From positions 1 to 25,130 of the forward strand of contig JAWALG010000013.1 in the NCBI GenBank assembly GCA_038886995.1: 25,130 nt of DNA. Direction: 5' to 3'. This document shows positions 16,918-22,164 of this stretch, in pieces. The notes under the pieces were generated by a model. The model ran no database searches, was not told the DNA's origin, and saw only the letters and a program-made list of their open reading frames with translations. Source of the stretch: Candidatus Iainarchaeum sp. Its GTDB lineage: Archaea > Iainarchaeota > Iainarchaeia > Iainarchaeales > DTGL01. Each line of letters begins with the position of its first letter. The first letter of the stretch is position 1. The translations under genes were made by a program, and so were the position numbers.

Positions 16918-18630
16918 TTAATCACCAAAGAGTTTTTTTCTCATTTTTTTCACACTGTTCCTTAAAACTTTCTTTGCATCTTCTCCAAAGGTCCTCTCAA
17001 TCTTTTCAAAAACCCTGTTGCTTTCAGCATATTTTTTCAAGCAACCTTTTTTGTAGTCGTAATTATAAATAATATTCACTGAATTGTTTTCAAGCTCAGC
17101 AACCTCAACAATCCTCCGCTGCTCGATGTTTTTGTCATTTTTCATAACAGGCCAGCGCCTTTGCACAAGCACAAGGTCTATAGCGCTGACATCCACCCTC
17201 TTTATCCCCAAAAACTCAAAGCGCTTTACAGTATCCTCTGCTGAATTTGCATGGAATGTTGTGTAGCTGCCTTTGCCTTGGCCTGCAAGCAGCGTGTTTA
17301 TGAATGCTTTTGTTTCCGCGCTGTTCCTTATTTCGCTCACCACAATTCTGTCTGGGCGCATTCTAAGGGAATTTTCTATCAGTTTGTGCATCCCAACGCC
17401 TTTCTCTTTGCAAACAGAGAGCTTTACAGAATGCTCATGAGGTATCTGCAACTCCGGTGTTTCTTCAATTATTACAATCCTTTCTTCCTTTGGCACAAAT
17501 CTGAATATCGCGTTTAAGCTTGTTGTCTTTCCGCTGCCAGTGTTTCCCGAGACCATTACTGAGCAGTCGGTTTGCATTGCACACTGCAGAAAAGCCATTA
17601 ACTCCAGGGTGAATGTTTTATTCCTTACAAGTTCCTCAGGGGTAAACCTCTTTACATTGAACTTTCTTATTGTGAATGTTGGCTCTCCAACCGAAACAGG
17701 TGGCAAGGTTGCATTTATCCTTGAGCCATCAGGCAGAACACCATTTACACAAGGGCTGGTAAGCGTTAGGCGCCTCTCATTGTTTCTAAGCATTTTATTT
17801 ACAAGGTTTCGCACTGATTCTTCGCTTGTAAAGCAGAGGTTTATATTGCACCAGCCAAATGTCTGGTGGAAGACCCTAAGAGGCCTTCCAATTCCAATGC
17901 CTGTAAGCGCAATCTCCTCAAGTTCTTCATCCTTAAGCAAGTCGTCGAGCGGCCCGAAGCCATTTGCAATGCTTTCAAGCATCTTTAGTAGGTAGCTTTT
18001 TTGGTTCTCATCGAGCACTATTTCATTGTCTAGGCAATAATGAATAAGGGCCTTTTCAATATCTTCTGGCTTATAACCGTTGTTTTGGAAGCCATCCAAA
18101 ACATCTTTTATGAGTTTTGCCTCTTCAGATGAAAGCTCAGGCAATGGCAGCACATACCATAGCGAACCATCCACTTCCACTATTTTTGGCTTTTTCCTGT
18201 AAACCTTCCTTATTTTTTTCTCTATGCTAAAACACTTCCACCCAAGAAGATTTTGCGCGAGTAGGTCTTCTTTTTCATTTTTTTCTATTTTTACTGCGCC
18301 TTTTGGGCAGTCCCTTGCACAAACAACCTCAAAGCTATGCTCAGCGCATAGGTCGCATTTTGCTGCTTTTCCATCAACAAGAGATATTGCGTGGTAAGGA
18401 CATGCTTTGATGCATAAGCCGCAGCCATCGCAAAGCTCTTGGTCAATAGCAATTATGCTCTCAGTGACTTTATAAAATGCATTTTTTCTGCATACTAATG
18501 CACATTTTGCTTCTTCTGGCTTACAATGTTTGCACTTCAGGGCGTTTAGGCCCAAAGAATTAGGGCATAACGCCATACAATATTTTTCTTTGCATGCTTC
18601 GCATAGCGCAGAATCTGCTTCTAAATGCAT
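16918..18630 (-). CDS. TadA/CpaF-family secretion ATPase with an N-terminal multi-[4Fe-4S] ferredoxin domain
   Basis: 570 aa. ATPase part: GFGPLDDLLKDEELEEI, LPDGSRINA, FTIRKF, Walker A GNTGSGKT, IIEETPEL, LRMRPDRIVVSEIR, TTFHA. Residues 10-108 carry 16 Cys in four groups, including CDGCGLCIKACP. AGGGGT RBS-like motif upstream. Confidence 0.93.
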   Translation of the reverse strand: MHLEADSALCEACKEKYCMALCPNSLGLNALKCKHCKPEEAKCALVCRKNAFYKVTESIIAIDQELCDGCGLCIKACPYHAISLVDGKAAKCDLCAEHSFEVVCARDCPKGAVKIEKNEKEDLLAQNLLGWKCFSIEKKIRKVYRKKPKIVEVDGSLWYVLPLPELSSEEAKLIKDVLDGFQNNGYKPEDIEKALIHYCLDNEIVLDENQKSYLLKMLESIANGFGPLDDLLKDEELEEIALTGIGIGRPLRVFHQTFGWCNINLCFTSEESVRNLVNKMLRNNERRLTLTSPCVNGVLPDGSRINATLPPVSVGEPTFTIRKFNVKRFTPEELVRNKTFTLELMAFLQCAMQTDCSVMVSGNTGSGKTTSLNAIFRFVPKEERIVIIEETPELQIPHEHSVKLSVCKEKGVGMHKLIENSLRMRPDRIVVSEIRNSAETKAFINTLLAGQGKGSYTTFHANSAEDTVKRFEFLGIKRVDVSAIDLVLVQRRWPVMKNDKNIEQRRIVEVAELENNSVNIIYNYDYKKGCLKKYAESNRVFEKIERTFGEDAKKVLRNSVKKMRKKLFGD

Positions 18631-18738
18631 TCCAACCCCTTAGCAGCTATAATTAATGCTGCAGAATAAGATTTAAAAAAGTAGATTTTGCTGACCTTGA
18701 TGGCATCAATGCTTTACTGCTTGGCCTTCGTTAGGCCT

Positions 18739-20652
18739 TTAAACCACTATGTTATCCTCTGCGCCCTCTTCCTTCTTGGCCTCTTCCTGTGGCTGCTCTT
18801 CCTTTTTCTCTTCCTTCTGTTCCTCCTTTTGCTGTGCCCCAGCTGCTATGCCTTCTTCCTTTGGCTTTTCTTCAGGTTTTTCCTCTGCCTCTGCTTTTGG
18901 CTCTTCCTGTGCTGGTTTCTCTTCTTCCTTCACTTCTTTGCTGATTTCTACCGGCTCCTTAAACTTGCCTTCAGCTTCCGGCTCCTTCTTTTTCTTCACT
19001 TCTTTCTTGTGCACAGGCCTTTTCGGCTTCTTAGGCCTATGGATGCGTGCCCTTTTCTTAGGCAAAACTTTCTTTTCCTCTGCAGCTTCCTTTTCTGCTG
19101 CAGCCACAACAGGTGCTGCCTTTTCTTCCACAGGTGCTTTTTCCTCTTTTGGCATTTTCGCTGCTCTTGGCTTTTCATGCTTCTTTGTTATAAAGTAGTA
19201 TAGCAGGAATACTGCTAGGCATATGAGTATTATAAGCAAAAGAAGCTCTGCGCTATATGGCTTTGGTGCTGGTGCTTCAGTTTCTGTTGGCCTTGGTAAG
19301 CTTTTCAAAGAGACCTTTACATCAACGCTTTTTGTTTCTTCCGCTTTTAAGGTTACTTCAGCACTGCCTTTGTAATAGCTTTGGCTTTCAGCAACCTCTA
19401 CTTTGTATGTGCCTGCACTTAGCGAAAAAGTGATCCTTCCCTTATCAGTTACACCCTCTTTAACTTTGGCACCGCTTCTGTCATAAACAGAAACATTGAA
19501 TTTACCTTCAATCAACCTTCCTTCGGAATCTTTTACATTTATTATTAGTTTTGCTAAGCCATAAACCTTGCTTTCATTTGTTGCCTGGAAGAATGTCTTT
19601 GTTTCTGCAAGGTTCTCAGCAGCAAGTTGGCCCATTATTGAATATTCAATCGTTACTGATTCCCAAGGGCCTAGTTCTTTTATGAGCCATTGCACGACAG
19701 GGTCTTCCTGCACTGTTTCAAATTTCATATCCGACTTTATGTCTGATGCCTTTTTCGCTATGTTTTTAGGTATGTACTCTGAGATTATAACTTCCCTGAA
19801 AAGAATATTATCTGAGATGTTTGTGACCTTTATGACATATATGCTTTCATAGTAAACTTCGCCGTTTACATTAGTTACTTTTTCAACCCTTAGCGTCTTT
19901 TCAATTTTAATGTAATTTAACTGCTTGGTTGCCCTGTCTATAAATTCTTGGCTGTAGCCGGCCTTTGCAAGCATGCTTGCAATTTCCTCAACAGTTGGCT
20001 TGTATTCATAGGTTAGCTCAAAAATTGGCTCTCTGGTTTCATCTCTTGGCGGACTTGGTGGAGTTTCAGTAGGCGTAGCTGTCTTTACAGGGCTCGGCGT
20101 AGGTGTTGCTTTTGGCGTTGTTGGTGCACCTCCACCACCTCCGCCTCCACCACCCCCACCGCCACCGCTGGGGGTTCTTGTAGCCGTTGGTGTGGGTGTC
20201 CTTGTTACAGTTGGTGTTGGGCTTGGACTGGGGCTCGGTGTTGGTGTCGGACTCGGAGAAGGACTTGGACTAGGACTTGGCGTAGGCGTTGGCATTTCTA
20301 CTTCAAATTCCAAATCAAGCACATATGGCTCATCTTCTGTGCCAAGGCCTTCAGGCAAATCAACATCAGGATCAAAAAGGATTGTTTTTTCCACAGCATT
20401 AAGCATTTGCGGTGTTTTTATTCTAAACGTAATGTAATTTGCCCACATGTCATTTGTTACCATTAAGGTGTATGTCCCAGCAGTGGTAACAGTAGTGCTC
20501 CCATCAACTATGCCTTCAACTATGCCTTCAAGAGTTGTACCAACAGGTGCGTCTTGGCTATTAACCTTAACTCTTCCAGTAAACCATGTTTGGGCATAAA
20601 TGGGCAAACAAAAAACCAAGAGTAAAATCATTAAAACAAAGGTTGAGCGCAT
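18739..20652 (-). CDS. Secreted, membrane-anchored surface protein with Pro/Thr/Ser and poly-Gly linker and a long charged cytoplasmic tail
   Basis: Likely start ATG 20652 (GGCGGGTG RBS; track start is 20673). Signal peptide ...LPIYA|Q, N-terminal [16 protein letters not shown] domain, PT/PS linker, 13 consecutive Gly, PGF-pre-PGF-like domain ([12 protein letters not shown]...QEDPVVQW), [10 protein letters not shown] beta domain, TM, then a ~150-aa K/E tail. Confidence 0.88.
   Translation of the reverse strand: MRSTFVLMILLLVFCLPIYAQTWFTGRVKVNSQDAPVGTTLEGIVEGIVDGSTTVTTAGTYTLMVTNDMWANYITFRIKTPQMLNAVEKTILFDPDVDLPEGLGTEDEPYVLDLEFEVEMPTPTPSPSPSPSPSPTPTPSPSPSPTPTVTRTPTPTATRTPSGGGGGGGGGGGGGAPTTPKATPTPSPVKTATPTETPPSPPRDETREPIFELTYEYKPTVEEIASMLAKAGYSQEFIDRATKQLNYIKIEKTLRVEKVTNVNGEVYYESIYVIKVTNISDNILFREVIISEYIPKNIAKKASDIKSDMKFETVQEDPVVQWLIKELGPWESVTIEYSIMGQLAAENLAETKTFFQATNESKVYGLAKLIINVKDSEGRLIEGKFNVSVYDRSGAKVKEGVTDKGRITFSLSAGTYKVEVAESQSYYKGSAEVTLKAEETKSVDVKVSLKSLPRPTETEAPAPKPYSAELLLLIILICLAVFLLYYFITKKHEKPRAAKMPKEEKAPVEEKAAPVVAAAEKEAAEEKKVLPKKRARIHRPKKPKRPVHKKEVKKKKEPEAEGKFKEPVEISKEVKEEEKPAQEEPKAEAEEKPEEKPKEEGIAAGAQQKEEQKEEKKEEQPQEEAKKEEGAEDNIVV
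20047..20292 (-). repeat. Low-complexity coding repeats (PT/PS)n and (G)13
   Basis: [43 protein letters not shown]13[13 protein letters not shown]. Codons vary between units, so this is not a perfect DNA microsatellite. Confidence 0.9.
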
Positions 20653-20689
20653 AATTAACACCCGCCAGTTCATTAAAGCATTAATCCCC

Positions 20690-22048
20690 CTATTTTCCTT
20701 TAACTATATTGTGCTTTCTTATTAATATAAATATCCCTGCAATTAAAAACACTGCTAAAAGAACAACAATAACCCATAAATAATCCTGAATGCCTTTTTC
20801 TTCAACTTTTTCTTCGGTTTCAATAGGCATTTCAGTTTCGTTTGGCGCCTCTTTTGCTTCTACACACTTGCCAGCCCTGCATTCTTTGCCACGAGCGCAC
20901 GTTGTGCCGTCAGGAAGCACAGTGTATTGGCAAGATCCATGCTCTTCATTGAATTCATCAATTGTGCAGGGATTATTGTCATTGCAGTCCTTGCTCTCTT
21001 TTATCTCATAAGCAACAGGTGGCTTCATTGCAGCAATAACTCCCTTAACTGAGTTTACATCTGTTTCTTTTTCAATATCAGCATAGTAAAGCACAGAGGT
21101 TTTCTTTGTATTTTCAATGCTTCCAATGTAAAACTCAACCACGGGGTCTTTTATAAGAACAGCAAAGTTATTTTTGCTTTTCAATGCGTCTGAGCTTTCA
21201 GCAATTTCTTTTGGAATCTCCTCAACAAGGAACAAATTCTCAATCTTCCTGCCGGAAATATTCTCTATGGTTAGCGTTACTTCAACCCTGAGCCATTTAT
21301 TGTTCCCTTGGGAGATTTCTTTAAGCACAAATTTCCTTTCAATGCGCAAGAGGCCTTCTAATGCCTTGGCACTTTTTTTCCTCTGCTCTTTTTTCACAAA
21401 TGCAAGAAAGCCATCAAGGTCTTCACGCTTTCCGCATTGCAAAGTTTCCTCAAACAAAACCCTTTCGGTAATTTTTGGTGTTGCGGTCGCCTGCGCAGGT
21501 GTTTGTGTTGCTGTGCTGCTAGTGCCAGAGCCACCACCAGAGCCACCGCTACCTCCACCACCGGTGCCTTCTTCAGGAGTCCTTGTAGCTGTTGGTGTTG
21601 GTGTCCTTGTAGGGCTTGGAGTTATAGTTGGTGTTGGCGTAGGCGTTGCTTCTGGGTTATAAGGGCAACTTTCACCAGCGCTTGTGAGGTTTAAACGCTC
21701 TACCTTTGCTGGCTGCCATCGTGATGTTTGTTGTGCTTTTTCTGTACCTATGCAAAAAACAATAAGCTTGTTCCTGTCGGCAGAAATACCTTCAACTGCG
21801 AGCTTTGGAAACCTTCCATAGAAGCCGGATTCGTTTGTTTCAATTGAGCCCCTAAGTAAGCCATCTATGAAAGCGTATATTTTTGTTCCAATTGGGGCAT
21901 TTTGGTCATTAATCTTTACTGTTCCGTAAAAGGAGTGTGGAATCAGAGGAAGTTCTGTTTCCTGTGAAGCAACAACGCTTAAAATAATTGAAAAAAGCAA
22001 AACTAGTGGCAAAAATGCAATAAAAGGCCTTTCAAGAGCTTTAACCAT
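20690..22048 (-). CDS. Secreted, membrane-anchored surface protein, paralog of the 18739-20652 gene, with a Cys-rich module
   Basis: Likely start ATG 22048 (TAGTGAT upstream; track start is TTG 22069). Signal peptide, [19 protein letters not shown] domain, PT and Gly/Ser linker, [11 protein letters not shown]...IKDPVVEF domain, six-Cys module [11 protein letters not shown]...C...C...C...C, C-terminal TM and short basic tail. Confidence 0.88.
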   Translation of the reverse strand: MVKALERPFIAFLPLVLLFSIILSVVASQETELPLIPHSFYGTVKINDQNAPIGTKIYAFIDGLLRGSIETNESGFYGRFPKLAVEGISADRNKLIVFCIGTEKAQQTSRWQPAKVERLNLTSAGESCPYNPEATPTPTPTITPSPTRTPTPTATRTPEEGTGGGGSGGSGGGSGTSSTATQTPAQATATPKITERVLFEETLQCGKREDLDGFLAFVKKEQRKKSAKALEGLLRIERKFVLKEISQGNNKWLRVEVTLTIENISGRKIENLFLVEEIPKEIAESSDALKSKNNFAVLIKDPVVEFYIGSIENTKKTSVLYYADIEKETDVNSVKGVIAAMKPPVAYEIKESKDCNDNNPCTIDEFNEEHGSCQYTVLPDGTTCARGKECRAGKCVEAKEAPNETEMPIETEEKVEEKGIQDYLWVIVVLLAVFLIAGIFILIRKHNIVKGK

Positions 22049-22111
22049 AATATCACTAAAAACTGCCAAAGTTAAATAAAACTATCGCAAATTGGTAACC
22101 TATTGTAAAGC

Positions 22112-22157
22112 AAAAAAATTAAAAAGAAAAAAAGTAATAAAAAGCCCCTAACGGGGC
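22112..22157 (-). terminator. Hairpin plus oligo-T terminator after the large acidic repeat protein gene
   Basis: On the - strand, 7 nt after the TAA: GCCCC-GTTA-GGGGC (22157-22144) followed by TTTTTATTACTTTTTTTCTTTTTAATTTTTTT. Confidence 0.75.
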
Positions 22158-22164
22158 CTTAGCT

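Noticed and set aside
18286-18630. Separate ferredoxin gene merged with the ATPase by an ORF-calling artefact
   Set aside because: There is no stop between the domains, the linker (IEKNEKEDLLAQNLLGW) reads as normal protein, and I saw no convincing internal start with an RBS. Read support remains unchecked.
18688-19203. Hydrophobic 171-aa and Ser/Phe-rich 149-aa plus-strand ORFs
   Set aside because: They are antisense to the Lys/Glu-rich tail of the 644-aa gene, which explains their composition.
20128-20166. Poly-Gly tract as a phase-variable simple sequence repeat
   Set aside because: The 13 Gly codons are mixed (GGT/GGA/GGC/GGG), so it is not a slippage-prone homopolymer or perfect microsatellite.
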